Assembly: GCF_964188315.1 (NCBI RefSeq)
Contig: NC_135667.1
Location: 26,536,001-26,600,000 of the forward strand
Direction: 5' to 3'
DNA: 64,000 bases
Source of the DNA: Podarcis muralis
Lineage: Eukaryota
The number at the start of each line of letters is the position of its first letter. The stretch's first letter is position 1. The position numbers and the translations under genes are program-made. This document shows positions 34,667 through 47,739 of the stretch, piece after piece. The notes beneath the pieces were generated by a model, which searched no databases, was not told the DNA's origin, and was given only the letters and a program-made list of their open reading frames with translations.

Positions 34667-34918
34667 TGTGAGAAAAGCTGTCTGACCATCTTTCTCCATG
34701 TCGTTCAAAGAGGGTGTGTGAAACTGGTTGTGATCTGAAGTCTTTATTTCTCCAAGCAAATTATTTTTATCTTTTTTTAAAAAAAATGCACCTGCTAATT
34801 AGAAACTATTGCAAATATATATTTTTTCTAATCAGGCTCAGTCCAAAACAGCTTGCTATGAGGCAGATCAGCAAATGGTGCTGTTATTGCACCCAAAGTA
34901 AGATGGATACTGCCAATA

Positions 34919-35547
34919 TGTTTGTTAAGGAATGCAGTTAATAGGTTAATTCTCTATGAACTAGCAGAGATCATTCATTCCCCACAATGCACCTACATAC
35001 ATCTTGTGATACTGTTATCTGTATTAATGAACAAATTTGGGAAGAAACTTTATGTATAAAAGGGCTCAGGTGTGGCTTGTGGTAGGAGACAGCCTTCAAC
35101 AATTCCTGCAATATGTTGGAACGGTGGATCTGAAAGAAGACTTTTTGAAGAGATTGTCTGAGAAAGAAGTTGAGAAATTGCCAAATTTCAGAACTCAGAG
35201 AACTCAGAGAAGTTGCAGGACTGTGCAAGCAACTGAACCTAAGGACTTGGCTGTAGACTTTTAACACAGCAAGGACTTTGCAGCAAAGAACCCTCTCTGG
35301 GATCAGAGAGCAAAGACTACTTGTAACATCTGTAAATAGTGTGTATATGTATAGTGATGTGTGTTGGTGTTGGCCTCGTAAAAGCAGCCCTGCCAAATTG
35401 CTGTTTTCTGTGGTGAGATGCAGGAGGTGATCAAGCATAGAACTTGAGTGAATGTGCCCTCACAGAGTTAATAAAAAGTATTCTCATTCTTGCCTTTCCA
35501 GGCTAAAGCAGATATTCCCTTCTCTAGTACTCTCCACCAATTCTACA
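34919..35547 (+). mobile_element. Probable solo LTR (629 bp)
   Basis: TGT...ACA ends, TATAAAA at about 35055, AATAAA at about 35470, near-identical 6-bp flanks CCAATA / CCAAAA. Confidence 0.55.
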
Positions 35548-35654
35548 CCAAAATTTGATCTGCTGAGTGGTTACTCCACATGGTGCCATCTCCACTAACT
35601 CACATCTGTCTGAGGACAATCACATTCAGCCAGTGATGCATGTGTCTTGCTTGT

Positions 35655-35955
35655 GGGAATCAGGCCTGCATGGTACCCGAGCCACCGCATCCCTTCCACC
35701 ACTGCTCAGCGCGCCGGGGCTTCGGGATAAGAGGCAGCTCTGTGCAAGCCGGGGGAGCCCGGGGGGGACTCCCGCGGGCTCCCAATGCTTGCGGATAGCT
35801 TCCTGAAGCCTGGAGAGGGAGAGGCGTCAGTGCGCACCGACCCCTCTCGCTCTCCAGGCTTCAGCGAAAGCCTGCATTCGCCCCGTAGGACGCACACACA
35901 TTTCCCCTTCATTTTTAGAGGGGGGAAAGTGCGTCCTATAGGGCAAAAAATACAG
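35655..35955. mobile_element. Tc2-like MITE, one terminus only
   Basis: Right end GTCCTATAGGGCAAAAAATACAG-TA related to 5601-6130. Confidence 0.65.
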
Positions 35956-38044
35956 TATATATAAACAGCAGAATGTATCATTTGATGTAACAAACCAGAA
36001 AAGGAAGCTGAGGGAAGTCAATAGGGAGGGGGGAAATCGGAAAATGAATGTGTAGTAAGGATATTGGATATTTGTTATGAGGAAAGAAAATCAATAATAA
36101 TTATTTTTAAAAAATAAAAATAAAAATTCTTTTATTGATTACTCTACACAGGTGATCAATAGCTGTTTTCTACCCTATAAAAGGTTATGAGTCCAGATGG
36201 TAATAGAACACAGAATATGGGATATCTGAAAAATTTTCAGACTTGTTGAAGTGATTTTTAAAGCAGAGGTGGACGGGAATATGCTTCCTTCCTAGTAGAC
36301 AAAAAGCTGTTGCAGCCTTGAATAATATTAGCTTTTTTACTGCTGCTGCTGCTGCTGCATACAACTGTTGACTCATGTCATAGGACTCATGTCATAGGAG
36401 CTAAGAAGAAAAAAATATGTGAGCCCCAAAAATTAATGGGCACTGCCATTCAAAAGGTGTGTGCATGTTGTATCATGTGATTGATTATGTATGGTGGGGC
36501 TTACGTGCCTTGCCCCCACAATACCTTATTCAAGTTGGAACCCCTGACTCATGTGGAGTGAAGGAAATAAATATGGGTAAAATTAACTGGAGTATCTCTT
36601 TTTTACTTCTGCCAATACAGAGAACAGTAAGAAGAATGTGATCCACAGAGAAAATGGCAAATCGCATTGGTTGGCCAGAAATGACCTTTTATCAGTTGGT
36701 ACTCCATGGAATGTTTCTATATGTAAACAGTAAAATACACATATATACCACAAATACCTGTGAGTGTTTCCTTCTGAGTTTGATTAGACTCCTGGGAGTG
36801 GTGGAAATAAATATTCATTGCAGCTTCTCCTTTACATTTCTGTCAGTACAGAGAACAGTATCACCTCTCAAACGGCTGTGGAGAGAGAAGGATGTGATAC
36901 ATTGAAAGGGCAAATCACATTGGCTGCCCAGGAAAAAATGCCACAGATCTTAATCAGGTATGAAAATGAAGCAGATAAAATTACCCAAGATCTGTCTCTG
37001 AACAGCATGGCAAGTCAATTGCATGGGATACTTTTCCATTATTGGTGACCTACATAATAGAAATAAAGTTTTATCACAAGTTATTTATGGATTATCTAGT
37101 CCAGAGTCTGCAAAGGTTAGGTGTGCAGAAGAGTCACCATGTCACCAAGAATGATACAATTTCATTCAATAAAGAGAATATTCTTGCCTGCACATAGAAG
37201 AGGACAGGTCAGAGTAAGTCCCTCTTTGGTTATGGATTTTGAAAACATGGCATGGGCAAAGACGGTTAAAGTTGACAGACGGGGTTACTTGGATTATGTT
37301 GGAAATTGATGTCTGCTTTGTATTCTTTCTATTCAGGTTTGGGAAGGCATGATTCTAGGCTTCCTATTAGCAGAATGAACAGAAGCATTCAAGCACACCC
37401 TCAAAGAAGAAACTGGTACACCTCTTCCATGAAGTCCCACTTTGCTTGTGCATCTTGGAAACTTGATATGGACAAAGATTGATGATCACTGGGGTGCCCA
37501 CTCAACTATTTCAGTCTGCAGAATTGGCCGTGTTACAGGTGACACATAATATTCAATCCACACTTACAGAAACTGACTTTTACGGTGGTAGCCCCTACAG
37601 TTCTTTATTACATTAAGTTTCTATGTCCAAGGATCACTGGGCAGTTAGGAATTCCCTGCCTAATGACATAATTCTGGACAAGAGCCCTCAGTGGACTATT
37701 TTAAATAGCTTTTAAAACCATGAAATATGCCCAGACTTGCTGTTATATTTTGTAGATAAAAAATGTTAATTTTTGATGATTTTATCAGTGTTCCTTGAAA
37801 AAAGCATTTCACTATATTTCATATTGACTGCTTTACTATTTTGCAATTTAATGCCATTTAATTTTCTTTAAAACTATAAAAACCCCGAACAATTTTTTAT
37901 TAAACAATCAATTGTTTATTGCTTACTTAAGTCAATCAACACGATAATATTGGGAAACATGCATCATATGGGAAAACAAAGCATTCTCCACCTCCTTTCT
38001 AAAATGGCTTTGTCTTCTCCTTGCAGGTACCACACACTCACACA

Positions 38045-39007
38045 ATGTTCAACCAGTCTTCAGAATTGGTGGAATTCGTTTTGCATGGATTCTCTGATAC
38101 TCAGGGATCGGAGACATTTCAGTTCATTATATTTTTGATCATATATGTGATCGCTGTCACTGAAAACCTCATCATCATCACAGTCATCTCTTACAGTGCT
38201 CAGCTTCACAAACCCATGTACTTCTTTCTAGCCAATCTGGCATTCCAAGACTTTGGCTCCATATCTGTCACAGTCCCCAAATCCATGGCAAATGCCCTGA
38301 TGAACAGCAAGACCATTTCTTACAATGGATGCATCTGTCAGGTTTTCTTCTTTGTCCTTTTCTCTGGATCTCATTTTTATCTCCTTGGAATTATGGCATA
38401 TGACCGCTACATTGCCATCTGCTGCCCGCTGCACTATGAGACTGTCATGAATAGAAAGGCATGTATCCAAATGGCAATCGGTGCATGGATTGCTGGGCTT
38501 CTGTATTCTGCATCATATGCTGCTAGTACATTCACAATAGAGTTTTGTTCCAACAACATCAATCAGTTCTTCTGTGAAATTCCACAGTTAATCAAAATTG
38601 CTTGCTCTGAATCATATCTCATTGCATTTTGGAATACGTGTGTTGCTGCTTCTCTGGCCTTCATTTATATTGTTCTAATAGTGTATTCTTATGTTCAGAT
38701 CTTCAGGGCAGTTCTAAGAATTCCTTCTGCCCAGGGAAAGGAAAAAGCCTTCTCAACTTGCTTGCCACACCTTGTTGTAATATCATTATATTTATTCATT
38801 GGTTCATTAGTATATTTAAACCCAACTTCTAAGTCTCTATCATCAATAGATCTTGTACTTTCAGTGTTTTATTGCATGTTGCCACCAGTCATGAATCCCC
38901 TAATCTATAGCATTAGGAATAGGGAACTGAAATTAGCATTATGGAAGTTTATTTCCAAAGTTTTTGCTCATTTTTTTGCACACTCATCAATGCTCTTAAG
39001 GAAATAA
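38045..39007 (+). CDS. Olfactory receptor (OR14-like), intact, 320 aa
   Basis: OR motifs as above; acceptor TTGCAG at 38021-38026, first ATG at 38045 (MFNQSS). Confidence 0.93.
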   Translation: MFNQSSELVEFVLHGFSDTQGSETFQFIIFLIIYVIAVTENLIIITVISYSAQLHKPMYFFLANLAFQDFGSISVTVPKSMANALMNSKTISYNGCICQVFFFVLFSGSHFYLLGIMAYDRYIAICCPLHYETVMNRKACIQMAIGAWIAGLLYSASYAASTFTIEFCSNNINQFFCEIPQLIKIACSESYLIAFWNTCVAASLAFIYIVLIVYSYVQIFRAVLRIPSAQGKEKAFSTCLPHLVVISLYLFIGSLVYLNPTSKSLSSIDLVLSVFYCMLPPVMNPLIYSIRNRELKLALWKFISKVFAHFFAHSSMLLRK

Positions 39008-39674
39008 TAATGCAATTTTTCTTATTTTAATTACCACTATGTTTGTTTTCCTGTTTTTAATTACCACTGTGAAATCTTATGTCCTTACAAGAAAATACTG
39101 TATAAACCTTTAGCAACTTACATGCTAGTTTATCTCTATTTTATTATCTTCCAGTGAATCTCTTAACTTTCTTGTATTCTGAAACATATGTTTAAAGTTT
39201 CTAAACTTGACACCAGTTTTCCCATATACCTTTTTAAAGCATCCACCATCTGAAATCATTTTCTCCAAATAAATATAAATGTTTAGAAAACTCAGAAAGC
39301 AATTAGGAACGATGTCATGTTCTTCCAGTTAATCTCTTTTTCCTAGCCACGTAAAGAAAATGTGGTTGTTTTGAATCTTCAAAATATAATGTAGGTTTCT
39401 GGCCACGCCCACGATCAATGGTGGTTGTTCGTCATAGCCCTGCAGGGGCTGCAGGAAAGTTCAGGCAGGGGAAAGAGAGGATTTATGAGACATCAATTCT
39501 TGCAATGCTCCCCAGTGGTGTCTGGGGAGTTCACTACTGCCCATTGTGCCGCTCAAGCCCATGTCTGCCAACTTGAAAGGCAGAACAAGTGCGACCTGGG
39601 AGTGTGTCCCCGCCATGGATGAGCCTCCATTTCTGGCATGATTTGTGCTGGGTTCCTCCTTAATCTGGAATATT

Positions 39675-40294
39675 GACGTTAATCAAGAGGCTCCTGGAAC
39701 AGCATAAGATAATGGGCTGCAATCAATCAGCTGCCGAAAGACTGGGTCTGGTTCTTTGAAGGCATTTGAATGTTTGCTTTTCCCCCTGAAGCATGAGAAT
39801 CCTCACACAGCTGGAAAAGGAAGCAGGAGGAGAAGCTGCTCTGTGCTTTCATATGGTTTTCAAATGGTCTCCTTTTCCGCCTTGTTTTCCCCTGCAAAAT
39901 GAAAGAGACGTGTGTAGCCATGGTGACGTGATTCTGTCTGTCACCATGGAAAGAGGCGGAAGGCTTTTGATTTACGCTCAACAAGGAATGTAACAAGATT
40001 TTATTATGCCCTCCCCCCTTGACCAAGGTTGTGTGGACTTTATTTAAAATTATCTTTGGGCTGGACCAGGAGTGTGAGGGAGCATTGCAGAGCAAGTCGA
40101 ATGAACGGCTGCTGAAAGATCTGTCGAGAGGTTGAATTTGAGAAAGGAGTTTGTTTTTGGCTGTGTACTGAGGAAGAACTCCAGAGGGGACTTTTAATGG
40201 TGGAGACTGGACTTGTACTCTGTGAGTTATTTATACCCGCAGCCTGTACGCTAGCTGGTGAACAGTGAAAGGAATGGAGTGTGACCTTGTAACA
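39675..40294 (-). repeat. LTR-like sequence (also in the duplicate at about 60820-61434)
   Basis: Minus strand begins TGTTACA and contains TATAAAT and ATTAAA; other end and TSD not defined. Confidence 0.35.
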
Positions 40295-40719
40295 TCTAGA
40301 TAAACACTGCAAGAACTGAATGAAGGAAGAGAGTAATTAACTCTCCCAGGACACCAGGTCTGAAACATCAATGTATATGATGTGAAATGGATTTTATATT
40401 TACATATTTTATATTTATAAGACGTAACAGAGGTGCTGTTTGTAAGGAGAAGAATATGATCAGCTGTGAGAATGGACTAACAACAAGTGAAGGAACAAGT
40501 GGACAACAAAGAAGAGAGGATGCGGCAACAGGAGATGATTGACATATGTTAGCAACACAAGCAGGAAACCTGATTTTTTAAAAAAGAAATTGTATTAAAT
40601 TAAAGTAATTTGATTTGATTTGCAATAATTTGGAAAACTAATAAAAATAATTAAAAAAACAAACTTCAAAATATAGTGTATACTTCCTGTAATAGAATTT
40701 TAAGATGTCTTGGCCTGTA

Positions 40720-40964
40720 CAGTGGTACCTCTGGATGCGAACAGGATCCGTTCCGGAGCCCCGTTCACATCCTGAAGCAAACGCATCTGCAGGTGTGTGG
40801 GTCACAATTTGCTGCTTCTATGCATGCGCGTGATGTCATTTTGACTGTCTGTGCATGCGCGAGCGGCGAAACCCGGAAGTAATGCGCTCCATTACTTCTG
40901 GCTCGCCGCAGCGCGCAACCTGAAAATACTCATCCCGAAGTTACTTTAACCTGAGGTATGACTG
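40720..40964. mobile_element. pogo/Tigger-like MITE shared by both duplicate copies
   Basis: TA-CAGTGGTACCTC...GAGGTATGACTG-TA; same site occupied at 61862-62119. Confidence 0.8.
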
Positions 40965-43176
40965 TATTGACCACTTAGCTGTGGTTTACTTAGGTGTTCT
41001 ACTGAGTCACAACAGGAAAAAGCTTGGTGAAATCTGTTGCCATGCGTAAAATGTGTTTACAGATGGCAGCTATGTGCTGCCACCTGGCAGTTTGAGTGTT
41101 GGGTCATCCTGCCACTACCACTACTGCATAGGGAGATAAACCTGTCTCTTTTTGCTCTTTTACTTCTGTTTTTGTTTGCCTCATCGTGTTGTTTGTTGGT
41201 TTCTGATGATAATTCATGAATTAAGAACAACATCAACAACCTCAGATATTTTCCCACAGGAGGCATTATGCAGAATATGCTGCTCTGTAACATTTAGCAG
41301 GGAATGGAGCAAGGGGTTATGTGTAGGCAGCATGTTGGCATTATAATGCAGGGAAAGTCCAACCAGTCGGAGCTCTACGCAAGCCCATGCTGCCTATCAG
41401 ATGCCAGATCTTAACTTGTGCCTAGGATTGTCAAACGGGGGCACAGGCTCAGATATGGGTTGGGCCGGTGGGCAGAGCTGACAGAGCAGGAAGGCTTCCC
41501 TCAGGTCTGCACTCAGGCTATTTAAACAGTCCACACCTGGAGCCTTTACCAGTTCAAGCTGCTATTGAATGACCTTGTTGTGGCTACGGTGGCTGAGTGG
41601 GAATTTGTCCACAAGGCAAATTGTCTCCAGCCTGCTGGTTTTGCCTACCTCATAGCAATCATTGCAACTGGGGCTGGGCATTGGGACAATCCTTGTCTTG
41701 GATGAAGGGCAAGTAGTAGTCTCTGCCTGGTCCTCCAAAAGCTAGGGTATCCCGTTAAAGGGATCCGGGGGGAGTTGCCATGTCCTCACACCCAACCAGG
41801 GACCAGGGCCATTGCCATTCCCCCAGACGGCGGTCCCTGCATGGGTCACCCTATTCCATTTATAGCTTAGTAACACCTGTTCGGATTGACCTATGTGTCA
41901 CTTCCGGCAGGCAGGCTGGATGTATTTTCCATTGCCCCATGCCCAAGCCAATCCTCTTTCATCTGTATTCAACAAAGTTGTGGCCTGTTTCAATCCAAAC
42001 CAGTCTCAGTTGTCTTTTCATTCATGGAAGGTTGTGGGGCAGGGGAGCCTGCCACTGTTCAGAAAAATGCAGTCGTGTTCCAAATTTCAAGCAGATGAAG
42101 GAATATAGGTTCTAGGCACCTATAAATCTGCTGGAGATGAAAGAACTAAAAAGGAATTGATTTCTGCACTTTTCCCACTCCAGTTTATGCTATCCTTTCC
42201 CTTTCACTCCACTCTGCTATTATTATTTATCTTTGCTGTCTGCAGCTCTTGGGACACACAATTGAAAGTTGAGTTCTTTCTTGGCAAAACACTCAATTGC
42301 ATTAGCTCCTAAGGTGTGAGAATCACATGGGCCACCCCTGCTAAATAGCTAGATGGGCATCTCCTTCTTCACACCTGTACTCCATCCCAGAAGTTGGAAC
42401 AACGGCATGCCATGCCCAGGTCTACTCCAGCACATTTAAACCCCCTCTTCTGGCGTGGTGCATGCAAAAGACTGGCAATTTCACGTGTGCATTTCCAGCA
42501 GGACCTGTGGGAGGCATGGCCGTGCGTAATTAAGACCACAGCACATCTGGGGAGCCCTGCTCTCTTACCCTTCGCCAGATCTCTCAACCCACCTGGCCTC
42601 TTTTTTATGCTTTGCTATGCCTCTAAAGTAAAAAAACTGGACTTGGTGGGTGGTTTATAGTTCACATTTCCCAAAATGTTTGCAACTCTGTGAATCCAGA
42701 AAGTCCACTTTCCATGGGGCCATCTCCACTAACTCAAATTAGTCTGAGGACAATCACATTCAGTCAATGAAGGAAGTGTTCTGCTTGCGGAAATCTGCTG
42801 AATAGAGATTTATTAGGCCAATGTGGGCCCACATCTGCAAAGTCACACATACAATCAAGCTGAAAGCATAGTTATGACTTGCCATGGACCTGACACAATT
42901 CAGCAGAATCAAGATAAATATATATGTGAAAAGAAGTAGAAAACAAGTAAATTAACTAAAATGTTTCAACTCTGTTATAGAGCATAAAAATGATAAGATC
43001 CATTGTTGAACCCATATAATACTTTATGAATTGTTATAAATTAGCATGTGTGTTCTCCAATATCTGCATCAGACATGAAAATAATGATTTCAAACTCATT
43101 AGGTTTTATCTTTATTATAAATGATTTGAAATATTTTCAATTGTTTTACTATTTTTGCGCAGAAAGAGAAACGTAA

Positions 43177-44136
43177 TCAATGCTGTAGACGTTGCAAATA
43201 GGGGAAGAATAAGGTGAATAGATTTGCCGTCATCTTCCACAATGCCGATTTCAGTTGCCTATTCCGTATACTATAGATTATTGGGTTCATAACTGGAGGA
43301 AACATGCAATAGAACATAGAAAGCACAAGATCCATGACTGATGGGGACCCAGAAGTTGGCTTTAGATAGGCAAATAAACCACTGGCAAAAAATAAGGATA
43401 TTACAATAAGATGTGGCAAGCAAGTTGAGAAGGCTTTTTCCTTTCCCTGGGCAGAAGGAATTCTTAGAACTGCCCTAAAGATCTGAACATAAGAATAAAC
43501 TATCAGAGCAACGTAAGTAATGGCTAGAGATATACCAACACAAATAACCCAAAATGCAATGAGATGTGAATCAGGAAAAGCAATTTTAAATAACTGTGGG
43601 ATTTCACAGAAGAACTGGTTGATTTCATTGGAACAGAACTCAAGTATGAATGTGCTTCCTGTGTATGTTGTAGAATACAGAAGCCCACCAACCCATGCAC
43701 AGATTGCCAGTTGGACGCATGTCTTTCTATTCATGATAGTCTCATAGTGCAGTGGACAGCAGATGGCAATATAGCGGTCATATGCCATAATACCAAGGAT
43801 GAGCAAATGAGATCCAATAAAAAGAATGAGAAAGAAAACCTGGCAGATGCATCCACTGTATGAAATAGTCTTGGTGTTCATCAGGGAATTTGACAAGGAT
43901 TTGGGGACTGTGACAGATATTGAGCCAATGTCTTGGAATGCAAGATTGGCCAAAAAAAAGTACATGGGTTTGTGAAGCTGAGGACTGCAAGAGATGACTG
44001 TGATGATGAGAAGGTTTTCAATGAGAGCCAACAAATAAATAAGCAGAAAAGCAATGAAACGGAATGTCTCCATCTCCTGAGTATCAGAGAATCCATGCAA
44101 AATGAATTCCATCAGTCCTGATGATTGGTTGAACAT
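43177..44136 (-). CDS. Olfactory receptor (OR14-like), open frame, 319 aa, ECL2 Cys replaced
   Basis: OR motifs intact; ATG at 44136 after a TTTGCAG acceptor; KIAFPD instead of KIACSD. Confidence 0.9.
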   Translation of the reverse strand: MFNQSSGLMEFILHGFSDTQEMETFRFIAFLLIYLLALIENLLIITVISCSPQLHKPMYFFLANLAFQDIGSISVTVPKSLSNSLMNTKTISYSGCICQVFFLILFIGSHLLILGIMAYDRYIAICCPLHYETIMNRKTCVQLAICAWVGGLLYSTTYTGSTFILEFCSNEINQFFCEIPQLFKIAFPDSHLIAFWVICVGISLAITYVALIVYSYVQIFRAVLRIPSAQGKEKAFSTCLPHLIVISLFFASGLFAYLKPTSGSPSVMDLVLSMFYCMFPPVMNPIIYSIRNRQLKSALWKMTANLFTLFFPYLQRLQH

Positions 44137-45000
44137 TGTGTAGGTATTTGGTACCTGCAAAGAGAAAACAAACCCATTTTAGAAAGGAGAAGAGTATCAG
44201 AGGCTTTCATGCAGGTTCCCCATGTGATCAAATAGATTGACCTAGGTAAGCCAGAAACCATTGCTCTTTCAATAAACATTTGTTTGTTGTTCACCTTAAA
44301 ATTAAAAAGTATGCACCTTTAAAAATGTGAAATCTCTAAGTGGTTAGTATTACATATTATAAAAATATATAAAGATAAAACCAATAAAAAGTTATTTTTG
44401 TATCCAGATAAAAACAATTAAAGGTTAAAACAAGTAGACAAAATAAAGCCACCTGTTTGGTTAGCCTTGATGGAAGAAAAATGTTTTAGCAGACATCTAA
44501 AACAATCCAGCAATGGCCCCTTCCTAATGTTCATAGAGCGGGAGTTCAGAGCTTGAAATATAGGCTCAAAACACTATTATATTACTTGAAACTATCATGA
44601 GTCTGAAAGTAACAATGTGGAGAGGCTAATTGGATCAGGATTGAGGGTAGGAAGAGCTTCCTGCTGACAACCCTGTAGAGGGGCCTATGGTGTTGGGGCA
44701 GACTGCATTTGGGGCTGAAGAGGCAGAGAAGTCACCCTGATTTAGTATTATAGATGAGGAGTCAGATTCCAGGGACAGTCCCAAATCAAGGCATCCTGGA
44801 CTGCCTCTTTAGTAGTGGCTATACCACTGCCTCTCCCAATTGGAGAGGGACTATTCCTTCATGCAACAAAGTGGTAAACATGCTCCAGACCCAGGTAGCC
44901 AAATTTCCTCTGCTCAGTTTAATAAGCCAAGAGGCTCAAGGGGCCATGTAGTCATCCTTAGAGCTGAAAGCACCATTTCCACATCACCAGACTGCATAAA

Positions 45001-45530
45001 CTGAATGAATGAATGAATGAATGAATGAACCTTTATTTGCGTCAGCCATCGGCCACAGCAACAAAACAACAATGTGATATACAAAGAAGAGAAATAAAAA
45101 GTTGATGATATAAAACACACTTTAGGGTCCTGGATCAGCAGTCAAATAATGGATCTTAATCTGATTGCCCCAGCTAAAAACCTTGCAACCTTTGCTGTCA
45201 TCTGGTCATCTTGATCTGTCAAGAGAAAGGACACTGTGGCAGTGGTTGGGCAACCTGGAATGGATATTAAAAGAGGGGTCATAATGTCATTCATAAAGTC
45301 TTTTTAAAGAGTGCAAGTCAGAAGGGCATGCACCACTGATTTGGTACTGCCATCTCCACAGGGACATAAACATTTTTCGTGTGGAATCTGTTGGAATTTT
45401 CCATCAAGTACAGTCGAGGGCAATACATTCAATCTTGCGAGGCTAAAAGCACGTCTATATTTTAGAATTGCTAGGTTATGGAGATAGGTGCCAGAAAGTC
45501 GAAATGGGAAGGTGGAAAATAGTCATATCA
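45001..45530 (-). mobile_element. Non-LTR retrotransposon 3' fragment (RTE-X-like), (TTCA)n tail
   Basis: Minus-strand decayed frame ...KYRRAFSLARLNVLPS...CPCG...VHALLTC (CCHC-like), then AATAAA and (TTCA)n; clade assignment tentative. Confidence 0.55.
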
Positions 45531-45812
45531 TGGGCAAAATTTCCTTATTGTGGCCAAGTTGTTCTGATGCTCAATTTCATTTAGGCGCTGAAAAATTAGA
45601 CTGTTTGCTTTACTAATCTCATATCAGCACACAGACTGTAGCACTGGATGCTTCAACTAGAACTGCAACTTCCATCAAGTCAAGGACTCTCTTAATACCA
45701 GCAATCTTCAAAGTAGCGCTGTTGATGGGGGCCTGTCCCTCAACTTGTGGCTAGTTAGAAGGACAAAGGCAGAGTTGAGAGCAGAGACTGACCTAGACGC
45801 AAAGTAGGAAGC

Positions 45813-47031
45813 ACTGAGACTGCAGAGTTTTGAGAAATTGAAAGATAAAGTGTGAGATTGGTTACATTATTATCAAATTAGAGAAGTATTTAATATGGAC
45901 AAAAAAATAGGCTTCCAGGTGGAAAAATCAAAATTAGAAACAGAATTGTTAGAACCTAAAACTAAGGTACTTTCAAGAATGTATAACTTGCTGTTAAAAT
46001 GGAATACTCAGGATGAAACGGTCAAATCAGCTATGATTAAGTGGGTGCAAGACATTGGTTATAATATCATGTTTGCTGACTGGGAACGGTTGTGGACCAC
46101 CGGTGTGAAATTTACGGCATGTAATGCCTTAAAAGAGAATATTATGAAAATGATATATAGGTGGTACATGACTCCAGTCAAGCTTGCAAAAGTATATCAT
46201 TTGCCTGACAATAAATGTTGGAAATGCAAGGAAACTGAGGGAACATTCTTTCACCTTTGGTGGACGTGCCCAAGGGTTAAGGCCTTCTGGGAAATGATCT
46301 ATAATGAACTGAAAAAAGTATTTAAATATACCTTTCCCAAGAAACCAGAGGCCTTCCTTTTGGGCATTGTCGGCCAAATGGTGCCAAAGAAGGATAGAAC
46401 ATTTTTTATGTACGCAACAACAGCAGCAAGAATTCTTATCGCAAAGCATTGGAAGACACAAGATTTGCCCACTCTGGAAGAATGGCAGATGCAAGTGATA
46501 GACTACATGGAATTGGCAGAAATGACTGGCAGAATCCGAGACCTGGGAGAAGAGACAGTGGAAGAGGATTGGAAGAAATTCAAAGACTATTTACAAAAAC
46601 ATTGCAAAATAATTGAATGTTAAAATGATGCAGGATATAAAGACAATTTGGCATTAGTGACAAAATTGAAAGGAATATGCAAAAATATTTTATAAGAAAC
46701 AAGGGTGAAAAAGTTAGAATAGCGTTATGTCAGAATTAAACGAAATGATATCAAGGGAAAAATCTGGTGACATAATAGCTGAAATGTATAATATACAATG
46801 AGATTTAAAAGAGGGTAAGATATTGCTGAATATGATTTTGTAAAAGAGAACACAGAAAAGGGGGATGTGAGGAGGTCAGGAAAGAGGGTTATGAAAGTAA
46901 CAATCTAGAAACAGGATTTTTATGTTTTTCTTTTTTCTTTTGTAGTTGTATGTATTTTCTTCTGTATCCTTTATGTTTGTTAAATCTGTTTATTTGTTTA
47001 AAACTTTAATAAATATCTTTTTTTAAAAAAA
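45813..47031 (+). mobile_element. 5'-truncated LINE-1 (ORF2 C-terminus + 3' UTR)
   Basis: ORF 45895-46623 has the CCHC knuckle CWKC...HLWWTC; AATAAA and A-tail; 18-bp TSD AGACGCAAAGTAGGAAGC at 45795-45812 and 47032-47049. Confidence 0.92.
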
Positions 47032-47182
47032 AGACGCAAAGTAGGAAGCTGGGAAACCAGAGAATCAGAGCAATGTTTGATGTCTGTTTGAAACATAGGC
47101 TGTGGTTCCAGAGAACTTTTGTCCTCTTGAGGTGTTAATGCTGTGCACCCCTCCATTGTAGGCTCAGGTTGAATATATTAAT

Positions 47183-47319
47183 GGAGCCTGGACAGCTCAG
47201 TTGGTTAGAGCATGGTGCTGATAATGACACGGTTGCACTTTTGATCCCTGTATTGCAGCGGTTTGAACTAGATGATCCTCAGGGTCTCTTCCATCTCCAC
47301 AATTCTGTAATTCTATGAT
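47183..47319 (+). mobile_element. tRNA-derived SINE with CR1-type tail (Squam-like), degenerate
   Basis: AGCTCAGTTGGTTAGAGCA A-box head, TTCTATGAT tail. Confidence 0.65.
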
Positions 47320-47739
47320 ATGTATAAATAAACCATATATCATAAAGACACCATAGTCTCTGCTGAGCCTCATCCAGAAAAAAACACAAACCCTGGGGAA
47401 GTGCCTGGAGCCCCTGGAAACAGGCACTGCTTGGAGACTGGGGTGGTATGCAACAATACAGAAACAACAACAACAACTGGTTTCATTATCTGGCTAGGCA
47501 TGTTTCTGGTTCAATTTCCACAGGGACAGAAGAGAGACATAAATGCTCCTCAGTGGAGACATGAAAGGATTAAATGAAACTAGTGAACAAACACCAGCAC
47601 CTGAAGTGGGGTTGGCAAATGAAGGGGGAATCAAGTGGGAAACAGTTCAAGGACTATTCAGGATGCTCACTGAGCATGGAATGCTAACTGACTGTTGGAA
47701 AAAGTAACCAAATAAATAACCCCTGTGTTGCAAACAATT

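Larger units (their letters stand above)
36056..43402 (+). repeat. Segmental duplication, donor copy
   Basis: Colinear in two pieces with 55989-63003 (about 95-97%) and 53594-55746 (about 88-90%), estimated by eye. Confidence 0.9.
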
